Notes under the pieces: model-generated
Database searches by the model: none
The model's input: only the letters and a program-made list of their open reading frames with translations
What the model was told of the DNA's origin: nothing
Shown: one piece after another, positions 7,362 through 16,539 of the stretch
Layout: each line of letters opens with the position of its first letter
Position numbering within the stretch: position 1 is the first letter of the stretch
Assembly (NCBI GenBank): GCA_049317285.1
Contig: JBMOIO010000005.1
Coordinates: forward strand, 1-55,702
Direction of reading: 5' to 3'
Source: Minisyncoccia bacterium
GTDB taxonomy: Bacteria; Patescibacteriota; Minisyncoccia; Phycocordibacterales; UBA9973
DNA: 55,702 bases
Translations under genes and position numbers: made by a program

Positions 7362-8906
7362 ATGCATAATACGAAAGCAATGACTAAATACGTCCTATAC
7401 GCCCGAAAATCTTCCGAGAGTGAAGATAGACAGGTTAAATCACTAGACGACCAAGAAACTGAAATGCTCACTATAGCCAAGCGTGAGGGCTTAGAGATAG
7501 TGCAAATAATCAGAGAATCCCACTCAGCGAAAACAACCAAAGAAAGACCAGAATTCAACAACATGATAAAAGGGATTCAGTCTGGAAAATTCACAGCGAT
7601 ACTTACATGGGCACCTGATCGTATTTCTCGAAATGCGGGAGATTTAGGTATCGTGATTGATTTGATGGACGCTGGAAAACTAGAGTGTATTAAAACCTTT
7701 TCTCAAACGTTCCATAATGACCCCTATAGTAAGTTTATGTTCCTAATGTTAGGTTCTCAAGCCAAACTAGAAAATGATCAGAAGAGTTTAAACGTGAAGC
7801 GTGGAAATAGAGAAAAACTAAAACGTGGCGAATGGGTTAACGGTGCTCCTTTTGGATACCTTAACGACAAGGTTAACAAAACAATAATTAAAGATCCGAA
7901 ACAGGCTCCGTATGTTTATAAGATGTTTGAAATGTATTCAACTGGGCTATTCAGCTTTAAACAAATATCCGAAAAATTATATGAGCAAGGTTTACGGACT
8001 AACTCAAATAAAAAGATATATAAAGGATCAATTCACAGAATAATTAATCGAACCTTCTATTATGGCTTGATGGTTTCAGACGGAAAATATTATCAAGGCA
8101 ATCACGAACAAATTGTTTCTCAACAACTGTTTGAAAAATGCCAAGAATTATCTGGAAACAAAACTCGTCCTCGAGCTAAGACGAAAGGCTTTACGCTTTC
8201 AGGATTTATGAATTGTGATAAATGTGGGTGTGCTATCACCGCTGAAATTAAGAAAGGTAAATATATCTACTATCACTGTACTTCAGGCAAAGGGACTTGT
8301 GATCAAAAATCTTTAAACACAAGAGAAGAAGATATACACGACTATATCGCTAAAGATATGGAGAAGTTATATATCAATCAAAAGATTGTAGATATTGTAT
8401 ATAAAGCGAAACTTGAAGAATTACAGCAAAACGGAGAGTTCCATAATCACAGCCTAGACACTACTCGTGAAGCTCTAAAATCGCTCGTACTGCGTAAATC
8501 TCGGTTAGTAGACACATTTACTAATGGCGACATAGAAGAAGCCTTATACAAAGAGAAATTACTATCTTTAGAGAATGAAAAAGTTAGCCTTACCAAACAA
8601 GTAGCCGATATTGAACAAAATAATCCTGACCCGTATGCAACTATCGAACTCATCTATAATGAATTTAAGCAAGGAAATACAATGGCGAAACGCTATAGAG
8701 ATGCTTCACCAGACGAAAAGAGAATAATACTCTCAAATTCACTATCGAACTTTACCCTCAAGGATAGAAATAACTTTAAGTTACAATACAAAACTCCTTA
8801 TAGTGTGTTCGCAAATACACCCGTAAATGTATCTTTTTCAGACTTGCTACCCGACAGGGACTCGAACCCCAATTATCTGGACCAAAACCAGGTGTCCTAC
8901 CATTAG
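7362..8906 (+). CDS. large serine recombinase (resolvase, recombinase, Zn-ribbon and coiled-coil domains)
   Basis: YARKSSESEDRQ, RPEF, DRISRN, APFGY, CDKCG..YYHC..C; the last 18 aa are antisense tRNA-Gln. Confidence 0.95.
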   Translation: MHNTKAMTKYVLYARKSSESEDRQVKSLDDQETEMLTIAKREGLEIVQIIRESHSAKTTKERPEFNNMIKGIQSGKFTAILTWAPDRISRNAGDLGIVIDLMDAGKLECIKTFSQTFHNDPYSKFMFLMLGSQAKLENDQKSLNVKRGNREKLKRGEWVNGAPFGYLNDKVNKTIIKDPKQAPYVYKMFEMYSTGLFSFKQISEKLYEQGLRTNSNKKIYKGSIHRIINRTFYYGLMVSDGKYYQGNHEQIVSQQLFEKCQELSGNKTRPRAKTKGFTLSGFMNCDKCGCAITAEIKKGKYIYYHCTSGKGTCDQKSLNTREEDIHDYIAKDMEKLYINQKIVDIVYKAKLEELQQNGEFHNHSLDTTREALKSLVLRKSRLVDTFTNGDIEEALYKEKLLSLENEKVSLTKQVADIEQNNPDPYATIELIYNEFKQGNTMAKRYRDASPDEKRIILSNSLSNFTLKDRNNFKLQYKTPYSVFANTPVNVSFSDLLPDRDSNPNYLDQNQVSYH

Positions 8907-8917
8907 ACGATCGGGTA
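8847..8917 (-). tRNA. tRNA-Gln(TTG)
   Basis: TACCCGATCGTCTAATGGTAGGACACCTGGTTTTGGTCCAGATAATTGGGGTTCGAGTCCCTGTCGGGTAG. Confidence 0.95.
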
Positions 8918-8947
8918 CTATATTTGGTGCTTGTTTTATACCACTTT

Positions 8948-9997
8948 TTAGGGAGTTTTGGAAGCTTCCAGTCCGAGCATGTCGATGAAGGCGAGCTCAA
9001 GCGGAAGTGTCGGCACTGAGGCATACGCCAACCGCTCGATTGCCGTGATCATCGAAACAATACCGCGGGAAGAGATAGTGTCAGTCCCCTCCACTGCCCC
9101 GCGCTTGATCACCTCTACATACTGCTCGGAATAATCCGCTTCAATACTCTCCCGCTGTGTGGGCGCATAGCGGTACATGAGTGATAATCGCATGGTTGAA
9201 AGAAAAAGCTCGGCCAAGAGCATCATATCGGTGTGCACTTCAGAAGCATTCCCGAGTATTGCATAGCACGCATCGATGTCGCGATTGATAAGCGCGGTGT
9301 ACAGGTTATGAATGACGCGAAGGCTTGGCGCACCAGTCACGCGCTCGGTAAGCTCGCGGTCTATCACGCGCCCTTTAGCAGCCGAAAATACTTTCTGCAG
9401 AATACTTAATGTATCGCGGAATGACCCAGCCCCTAAAAATGCAATCAAGCTCGCGCTATCCGCATCGATTTCAATACGCTCATTTTTTGCAATCGCTTCG
9501 ATACGCGCGATAAGCATTTTTTCACTCGGCTTTCGAAAAGCAAATACCTGACAGCGGGAAAAGATTGTTTCCGGCACTTTATCAAGCTCGGTTGTTGCGA
9601 GAATAAATAGCACATGCGCCGGCGGTTCTTCAAGTGTCTTCAACAGTGCGTTGAACGCTTCTTTCGTGAGCATGTGCACTTCGTCGATAATATAGACCTT
9701 AAATGCAGATGAGAAAGGAAGGACTCGTACTGCTTCGCGAAGCGCCCGAATGTCGTCGATACCACGGTTGCTTGCCGCATCAATTTCCATGATATCTTCA
9801 GGATTAGTACCGAGCGCTCGCGCAAAGATGCGGGCGACAGAAGTCTTCCCTGTTCCGCGGGAGCCAGTGAAAAGGTATGCGTGTGAGAAGTTGTGGTCTT
9901 CAATGGACTGCGAAAGGACAGAGACGATATGGTCCTGCCCTTCTACTTCCCCCCACTCGTTTGGTCGATATTTTCTGTATAAGACTTGGTCGTGCAT
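8948..9997 (-). CDS. dnaX: DNA polymerase III subunit gamma/tau
   Basis: [42 protein letters not shown]. Confidence 0.96.
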   Translation of the reverse strand: MHDQVLYRKYRPNEWGEVEGQDHIVSVLSQSIEDHNFSHAYLFTGSRGTGKTSVARIFARALGTNPEDIMEIDAASNRGIDDIRALREAVRVLPFSSAFKVYIIDEVHMLTKEAFNALLKTLEEPPAHVLFILATTELDKVPETIFSRCQVFAFRKPSEKMLIARIEAIAKNERIEIDADSASLIAFLGAGSFRDTLSILQKVFSAAKGRVIDRELTERVTGAPSLRVIHNLYTALINRDIDACYAILGNASEVHTDMMLLAELFLSTMRLSLMYRYAPTQRESIEADYSEQYVEVIKRGAVEGTDTISSRGIVSMITAIERLAYASVPTLPLELAFIDMLGLEASKTP

Positions 9998-10001
9998 AGA
10001 G

Positions 10002-11123
10002 CTATTGTACCAGATTATTAACTACTAAGAATTCGCTCACAATTTGCTCTACATCGCTTCCATTTTTTGCTTCCTCCATCAGGCGGATGCGGAGCTCTTT
10101 TGCACCCGCAAAGCCTGTGCAATATGCCTTGTAGTGCTTTTTCATAATAGAAAAGCTTTTGATATCTCCGAGTAATTCTTCAAAGAGCTTTGTGTGCTCA
10201 ACTAATACCGTGAGGCGTTCGGCAATGGTGATAGGCCTTGTAACAGACACAGGTGCTGTTCGTTTGCTCTCAAGCGATATAAAAGGGAAAAGTTTTTTAA
10301 GAAATACTAACAACCGTGCAGGCTTCTTCGGAATGGTGGCAGTCATCGCGCGCGACTCGTCAAAAAACCACGGGTTACCAAAGAGTGCTCGCCCCACCAT
10401 CACGCCATCAACTCCACTTATTCGAGCGCGCTCTTTGCCGTCAGCCAAGCTCGTCACATCGCCATTTCCCAAAATCACTGTCTCTGGTGCAAGCTCGTCG
10501 CGAAGCGCCACTACCTTTTTCAAATACTCCCAGTGCGCTGGGACTTTGGACATTTCTTTGCGCGTGCGCGCATGCACTGTCAGTGCTGAAATTCCACTCT
10601 TCAGTAAAAGAGGAATCCACTCCTCTATCTGCACTGCGTTGTAACCAACACGAGTTTTCACAGAGAGTGGAATATTTTTGCCGGAAGATACAATCGCGCG
10701 CTTAGCTGCTTCAATCACTGCGAGAGCCGCTTGGGGGCTTTTAATCATCGCCGCTCCCGCTCCCTGCTTTTCGATCGTTTTATCCGGGCACCCCATGTTG
10801 ATGTCGATACCGTCAAAGCCAAGTTCGCACGCAAGCGCGACTGCGCCCTCCATTTTCTCCGGGTCCGCACTAAAAAACTGCGCGACAATCGGGCGCTCAA
10901 TTTCGCTAAATACCAAGTCGCGCGCCAATACTTCGCGCCCCGCGCTCATCAGCCCATTTGCGGAAACAAACTCCGTCCACATAACGTCCGGCCCTCCGCC
11001 TACTTCGCCTTGGCGCGAGTATTTCGCAATCAGTCGTCGAAAAGCAGGGTCAGTCACATCTGCCATAGGGGCAACCACAAAGAATGGCTGTTTTTGTTGT
11101 TTTAATTGTTGCCAAAAATTCAT
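10002..11123 (-). CDS. dus: tRNA-dihydrouridine synthase
   Basis: APMADVTD, DINMGCP, VHART, GNGDV, MVGR. Confidence 0.93.
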   Translation of the reverse strand: MNFWQQLKQQKQPFFVVAPMADVTDPAFRRLIAKYSRQGEVGGGPDVMWTEFVSANGLMSAGREVLARDLVFSEIERPIVAQFFSADPEKMEGAVALACELGFDGIDINMGCPDKTIEKQGAGAAMIKSPQAALAVIEAAKRAIVSSGKNIPLSVKTRVGYNAVQIEEWIPLLLKSGISALTVHARTRKEMSKVPAHWEYLKKVVALRDELAPETVILGNGDVTSLADGKERARISGVDGVMVGRALFGNPWFFDESRAMTATIPKKPARLLVFLKKLFPFISLESKRTAPVSVTRPITIAERLTVLVEHTKLFEELLGDIKSFSIMKKHYKAYCTGFAGAKELRIRLMEEAKNGSDVEQIVSEFLVVNNLVQ

Positions 11124-11128
11124 ACTCT

Positions 11129-11974
11129 TTATTGGAACTTATAAACTATCTTGTTTGGAAGGCGCACATCGATATACTGCAGTGTTGAAACATTGTCTCT
11201 ATAGCGCGTGGAAAACGGCGCAGTGCGTATTGCAGTAAAAAAAGACTGCAAGCTGGTGTCCGCGGGAATAGCAGGGTCAATAATCAGTCGTGCCGGGTGG
11301 CCATTGTGATAGAACACAATCTCTGTCCGCTCTGGTCCGCTAAAGAAATGAAATTCTGAAGGCTCAATAGCAATACCCTGCAAACGCTCCACTAAAAAAC
11401 GCATGGTGGTGAGCTGTTCAGTAGTGATAGGAACAAACGGATATTCACGCGCGCTTTCAACAAATAGTTTTATGTATGCGCTACCAGAGAAAAATGGTGC
11501 GGGCGCAAACACGACTCCGTCATAGTTCATAAAGGAGCAATTTTCTGTCCCCTCCTCGCACCACACATACGCGCCTTCGTATTCGTTCACACTCACCTTC
11601 ACGGTTTGTGTTCCTCTTCGCGCAACTGATACATCGCTAAACTTTGGAAACGCTCGCTTGATTGCTTTTTCGAGATAATGGTCCGGCAACAGCACAATAC
11701 TTGTTTTTGGAAAAAAGTAGAGCCACTTCCCCGACAACGATTCGGTGACAAATACAGAAACATCCTTTGGGTCCGCACTGTTCGCGCCCTCTACCACAAC
11801 CTCTCGCACCTGCAGGCGATTCAATTGCGTCGCCGTAATAAAACCGCCTACTACAATGATGCACAACGCTATAAGGAGCGCATTCTTCCAAGAAAATGCT
11901 CGCTTTTTTTTCTTTTTTACAGACTGTGTCTTTTCTTCAGAAAGTACGCTGTCGTGATAGTTGCGCTCGTACAT
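11129..11974 (-). CDS. FtsQ/DivIB-like cell division protein
   Basis: Basic stretch, single TM, POTRA-like region, C-terminal YIDVR. Confidence 0.7.
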   Translation of the reverse strand: MYERNYHDSVLSEEKTQSVKKKKKRAFSWKNALLIALCIIVVGGFITATQLNRLQVREVVVEGANSADPKDVSVFVTESLSGKWLYFFPKTSIVLLPDHYLEKAIKRAFPKFSDVSVARRGTQTVKVSVNEYEGAYVWCEEGTENCSFMNYDGVVFAPAPFFSGSAYIKLFVESAREYPFVPITTEQLTTMRFLVERLQGIAIEPSEFHFFSGPERTEIVFYHNGHPARLIIDPAIPADTSLQSFFTAIRTAPFSTRYRDNVSTLQYIDVRLPNKIVYKFQ

Positions 11975-11977
11975 AGG

Positions 11978-13243
11978 CTATGCACCCAAATAGTCTTTGC
12001 CAATGTAGGGCTTGAGCACTTCTGGTACGCGAATGCGCCCATCGGCTTCTTGGAAGTTTTCAACAATGCAGGCCAAGATGCGCGGCGTTGCAACAAGGGT
12101 GTTGTTCAAAGAGTGCGCATAGCGCAGTTTCCCTGTCTCGTCTTTATAACGAATATTGAGGCGGCGCGTTTGGAAGTCATGAAAATAGGACGAGGAGTGT
12201 GTCTCGCGGAATTTTTCTTGGCTTGGCATCCACACTTCGATATCGTATTTCTTTACCTGGCCTAAGCCCAGATCTCCTCCGCAGTTCACCACAACATGAT
12301 AGTGAAGCCCGAGAGACTCAAGCAATTCTTCAGCATTACGGGTGAGCTCTTCGTGGAATGCCACGCTGGTCTCATGGCTTGCTTCGCAGAGTATGACCTG
12401 TTCGAGCTTGAAAAATTCGTGCACGCGAATCAGTCCTTTTACATCCTTTCCATGACTGCCCGCTTCACGGCGAAAACACGGTGAAAGCGCAATGTATTTC
12501 TTTGGAAGCGTTTGTGCATCAAGCACTTCGTCTGCATGGTATGACATCATCGCAACCTCTCCTGTTCCCGCGAGATACGTATCGTCCTGTGTCTTATACA
12601 AATCTTCCTCGCCTTGCGGAAGGTAGCCAGTACCGTAGAGTGTCGCTTTGCTTACCAACGACGGCACATGCATAGGCGAGTATCCTTTTTTCAAGAGTGC
12701 GTGCATAAAATATTGCCACAGTGCCATCTCCAAGAGCACGCCATCGTTTTTCAAATAGTATCCGCGAAAGCCTGCGACGCGAGTTCCGCGCTCAAAGTCC
12801 ACCATGTCATTTTTTTCCATCAGTTCAATATGATCTTTTGGAGTGAAATCAAATACGGGCCGGTCCCCCCATACTTTATGTTCGACATTTTGACTGTCGT
12901 CCGCGCCTTCGGGCACTGACATATCCGGAACATTCGGCACCTGAAGCATGAGCCCCTGCCACTCTTTCATCACGGTGCGCACCTCTTCTTCAAGTGTCTG
13001 CACCTTTTCTTTCAGTGGCTTGATTTCTATCAAGAGCACCCCGCGGGCTGCCGGATCAGAAGCCTGAGCCACCAAGTCAGAGAGACGAAGCTGTTCAGTA
13101 CGAGCAGCTTCAAATGCCGCAAGAGTACTTTTGCGTTTTTCTTCCACAGCAAGAAGCGTGTCGAGGTCAAAAGAGAGGTGTTTTTTTCGGAGCGCCTCTT
13201 TGATAATCTCTGGGTTTTCCTTGATAAATTTAATATCGAGCAT
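11978..13243 (-). CDS. serS: serine--tRNA ligase
   Basis: MLDIKFI, FRREAG, GLIRVHEF, KKYDIEVW. Confidence 0.97.
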   Translation of the reverse strand: MLDIKFIKENPEIIKEALRKKHLSFDLDTLLAVEEKRKSTLAAFEAARTEQLRLSDLVAQASDPAARGVLLIEIKPLKEKVQTLEEEVRTVMKEWQGLMLQVPNVPDMSVPEGADDSQNVEHKVWGDRPVFDFTPKDHIELMEKNDMVDFERGTRVAGFRGYYLKNDGVLLEMALWQYFMHALLKKGYSPMHVPSLVSKATLYGTGYLPQGEEDLYKTQDDTYLAGTGEVAMMSYHADEVLDAQTLPKKYIALSPCFRREAGSHGKDVKGLIRVHEFFKLEQVILCEASHETSVAFHEELTRNAEELLESLGLHYHVVVNCGGDLGLGQVKKYDIEVWMPSQEKFRETHSSSYFHDFQTRRLNIRYKDETGKLRYAHSLNNTLVATPRILACIVENFQEADGRIRVPEVLKPYIGKDYLGA

Positions 13244-13310
13244 GGGTACACTATAGCGTATTTTGGTTATTTTATAAAATCTTTATCTACCACCCGTTAC
13301 TATATATAGT

Positions 13311-14186
13311 ATGCAACCGGAACAGTACCCTCTCATCACGATTAATCCCCTTTTATCATTCCCTGACCTTGGAGAGCTCCCTCAGCCCCCGAAAAAACTC
13401 ACTATGCGCGGATCCCTTGAGCGAGTGCAAGGGACAAGACTCTTGGCGGTGGTCGGATCGCGCAATTACAGTAGTTATGGGAAAGCAATGTGCGAATCAT
13501 TGATCAAGGGACTTGCCGGATACCCAGTGACAATAGTTTCAGGGCTCGCACTTGGCATCGATTCGATTGCGCATCGAGCAGCGCTCGATGCAGGACTCAA
13601 CACGATCGCATTTCCTGGGAGTGGCTTGAACTGGAGTGCGCTCTATCCGCAAAACCATAAAGAACTCGCAAAAGATATTCTCAACGCGGGTGGCGCACTT
13701 TTGTCAGAATTTGAAAACGACTTGGGCGGAGTGTACTGGGCATTCCCCCAGCGCAACCGGCTCATCGCTGGTATTTCACTGATGACCCTTGTCATTGAAG
13801 CAGAGGAAAAGTCCGGGACACTCATCACGGCGCGCCTTGCGACCGAATACAACAAAACAGTAGGTACCGTGCCGGGCGCTATCAACACACAAACAGCTCG
13901 TGGTGCAAACTGGCTCTTGAAACTCGGCGCGGTTCCTGTCACCGAAACCGCAGACATCCTCAAAGAACTTGGTCTTATTGAGCGCTCTAGTGCCGACAGT
14001 ACAGAATACTTATTACTCAACTCCGAAGAAGAGCGGATCATGCACGCATTGTCAGAACCAAAAACAAAAGACCGTATTATTGAAGAACTAGAGTTGGATG
14101 CAGGACAGGCAAATATCACTTTTTCAACCTTGGAAATAAAGGGTGCTATCAAAGAAACGCTTGGCCTCATCGAACGAATCCTATAG
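13311..14186 (+). CDS. dprA: DNA-processing protein DprA
   Basis: AVVGSR, VSGLALGID, FPQRNRLIAG, SGTLITA. Confidence 0.95.
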   Translation: MQPEQYPLITINPLLSFPDLGELPQPPKKLTMRGSLERVQGTRLLAVVGSRNYSSYGKAMCESLIKGLAGYPVTIVSGLALGIDSIAHRAALDAGLNTIAFPGSGLNWSALYPQNHKELAKDILNAGGALLSEFENDLGGVYWAFPQRNRLIAGISLMTLVIEAEEKSGTLITARLATEYNKTVGTVPGAINTQTARGANWLLKLGAVPVTETADILKELGLIERSSADSTEYLLLNSEEERIMHALSEPKTKDRIIEELELDAGQANITFSTLEIKGAIKETLGLIERIL

Positions 14187-14247
14187 AGGGCTTTATTGTA
14201 TTCTATTTGCTAAAAAAATCCCTCCGTGGTACTACTGCAGTACGTTT

Positions 14248-16482
14248 ATGAAACTTCTTATTGTCGAATCCCCTTCAAAAGCAAAAACGATTGAGAAATA
14301 TCTCGACGGCGCGTATACCGTGCGCGCATCCGTCGGACACATCCGCGACTTGCCTAAGTCCCAAAAAAAAGCCATCGATATTGAAGGTGGCTTTATTGCG
14401 CATTACGAAATTTCAAAAGGAAAAGAGCGTGTGGTGGATGAATTGCGCGCACTCGCACAAAAAGCGAATGAGATTATTCTCGCTCCCGACCCGGACCGAG
14501 AAGGAGAAGCGATTGCCTGGCATATTGAAGAGCTCTTAAAGGCCGACAAGAAAGTAAAGTCTCCTATTCATCGCGTGACCTTTAATGAAATCACAAAAGA
14601 AGCAGTCCTTTCTGCTCTCGACCATCCGCGCGCAATCGACACGAACCTTCGCCGTGCCCAAGAAGCGCGCCGTGTGCTTGACCGACTTGTGGGCTACGAC
14701 CTCTCGGGTATCATCTGGCAAAAAGTCCGCTACGGCCTCTCTGCAGGGCGCGTACAGTCCCCGGCCCTTCGCATCCTTGTCGAGCGCGAGCGCGAGATCA
14801 AGGCATTTATCCCAGAAGACTACTGGGTGCTCACTGCGCGAGTACAAACCAAGAGTAAGGCAGCGCTGACACTCACCTGTGTTGAAGAGCCACGTAACAA
14901 AAAGGAAGTTGACCGCATTCTCGACATTGCAAACAAAGAAGACTGGCTTGTGCGCGATGTAAAAGAGACAGAGCAAAAGCGCTCTCCAAAACCGCCGTTT
15001 ACCACTTCCACACTACAGCAGGCAGCAAGCTCCCGCCTTTCTTTCTCGCCGTCGCGCACCATGCAGGTCGCGCAAAAGCTCTATGAAGCGGGACATATCA
15101 CCTACATGCGAACAGACTCAACAACCCTTTCCGCGCAGGCAGTGCCATTGATCACAGCAGTTATCCAGAAAAAGTATGGGAAAGAATATCTCGAAGCCCG
15201 CACCTATAAAACAAAATCAAAAAATGCGCAGGAAGCCCACGAGGCAATCCGCCCTACTCATTTTGAAAAAGAAAGTTTAGGCAACACCGACGAACAGAAA
15301 AAGCTCTACCGCCTTATTTGGGAGCGCACTGTAGCGTCGCAAATGTCAGACGCAAAAGTACTCAAGACGCGCGTTGTGGGAAATGTCGAGTCTCTTTCTA
15401 TTCCTGATTTTACCGTCATCGGCTCACAAGTACTTTTCCCCGGATGGCTCGCAGTGGACACGTCCGCACGCGGAGACGATGTTGAGCTCCCTCCTATCAA
15501 AGAAGGTGAACCCTTGAAACTTCTTGAGGCAACCGACACTGCAAAACAAACTGAACCGCCACATCGCTATTCAGAAGCGGGCCTCGTCAAAGAGCTTGAA
15601 GCGCGCGGTATTGGTAGACCTTCGACTTATGCGTCTATCATTTCAACCCTTGAAACACGCGGCTACATTGAAAAGATCAACCGCTCTCTAAAACCTACCG
15701 ACACCGGCGAAGTAGTATCTGGATTTTTGGAAGCGAACTTCATGGAGTACATCAACGATACCTTCACCGCCGAGATGGAAGACAAGCTCGACGATATTGC
15801 AGCCGGCACCCGCGAATACAAAAAAGTGCTCACTGAATTCTACAAGCCCTTTCAGAAGGATGTGAAAGAAAAGCAAAAGCTCGACAAGGCAACAACACTT
15901 GAAGCGGCAGACCCGAAATACAAATGTCCAAAATGTGAAAGTGGTATGGTGGTCAAGCTCGGGCGCGGTGGAAAGTTTCTTTCCTGCGACCGCTATCCGG
16001 ACTGCGACGGCGCGCTCACGATTGAAGGTCTGGAAATCAAAAAGGATGAACCGATCGGCATCGACCCTGAAACCGAACTTCCTATCTTCACTATGATTGG
16101 ACGCTTTGGGCCATATGTCCAACTTGGCATCATGCCACCAAAGGTAAAGGGTAAAAAAACAGTAAAGCCGAAGATGGCGAGTATCCCGCGCGAAGTGGAC
16201 CCTACTGCAGTTACTGTACCAATGGCGCTGAAATACCTCTCTATCCCCCGCACTCTTGGTGCACACCCAACAGACGGCGTGGAGGTCACCGCCAACAACG
16301 GGCGCTTTGGCCCCTATATCGCGCACGACGGCAATTTCCGCTCAATCAAAAAGCCGCTTGATGTTTACACAATTACCTTTGAAGAAGCACTCGACTTGTT
16401 AGCACAACCTAAAAAGCCCCGCGGTTTCCAAAAGAAAAAGAAAGAAGACGTGTCCGACGAAGCTTTGGCGAAGGCGGAATAA
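14248..16482 (+). CDS. topA: DNA topoisomerase I
   Basis: IVESPSK, DPDREGE, SAGRVQS, ITYMRTD, Zn finger and C-terminal repeats. Confidence 0.97.
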   Translation: MKLLIVESPSKAKTIEKYLDGAYTVRASVGHIRDLPKSQKKAIDIEGGFIAHYEISKGKERVVDELRALAQKANEIILAPDPDREGEAIAWHIEELLKADKKVKSPIHRVTFNEITKEAVLSALDHPRAIDTNLRRAQEARRVLDRLVGYDLSGIIWQKVRYGLSAGRVQSPALRILVEREREIKAFIPEDYWVLTARVQTKSKAALTLTCVEEPRNKKEVDRILDIANKEDWLVRDVKETEQKRSPKPPFTTSTLQQAASSRLSFSPSRTMQVAQKLYEAGHITYMRTDSTTLSAQAVPLITAVIQKKYGKEYLEARTYKTKSKNAQEAHEAIRPTHFEKESLGNTDEQKKLYRLIWERTVASQMSDAKVLKTRVVGNVESLSIPDFTVIGSQVLFPGWLAVDTSARGDDVELPPIKEGEPLKLLEATDTAKQTEPPHRYSEAGLVKELEARGIGRPSTYASIISTLETRGYIEKINRSLKPTDTGEVVSGFLEANFMEYINDTFTAEMEDKLDDIAAGTREYKKVLTEFYKPFQKDVKEKQKLDKATTLEAADPKYKCPKCESGMVVKLGRGGKFLSCDRYPDCDGALTIEGLEIKKDEPIGIDPETELPIFTMIGRFGPYVQLGIMPPKVKGKKTVKPKMASIPREVDPTAVTVPMALKYLSIPRTLGAHPTDGVEVTANNGRFGPYIAHDGNFRSIKKPLDVYTITFEEALDLLAQPKKPRGFQKKKKEDVSDEALAKAE
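16451..16478 (+). repeat. REP-like hairpin repeat, copy 1 (inside the topA 3' end)
   Basis: TGTCCGACGAAGCTTTGGCGAAGGCGGA, similar to 20617-20646. Confidence 0.6.
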
Positions 16483-16539
16483 ACCCCCGCACTATAGTGC
16501 GGGTTTTTATTTTTGAGTAGGCCGTGTATAGTTATACCT

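Larger units (their letters stand above)
3528..8849. mobile_element. integrative rolling-circle element (CRESS-like Rep + ori + large serine recombinase) inserted at the tRNA-Gln 3' end
   Basis: AT-rich block bounded by TTGCTA cores (3528-3533, 8844-8849); contains Rep, the TAGTATTAC hairpin and an LSR. Confidence 0.85.

Noticed and set aside
2946-8860. 13-bp direct repeat TACCCGACAGGGA as attL/attR of the island
   Set aside because: The 2946 copy belongs to the mirror structure, which also exists at tRNA-Tyr with no island. The TTGCTA junctions restore both the hairpin and the recombinase frame, so they fit better. An older event cannot be fully excluded.
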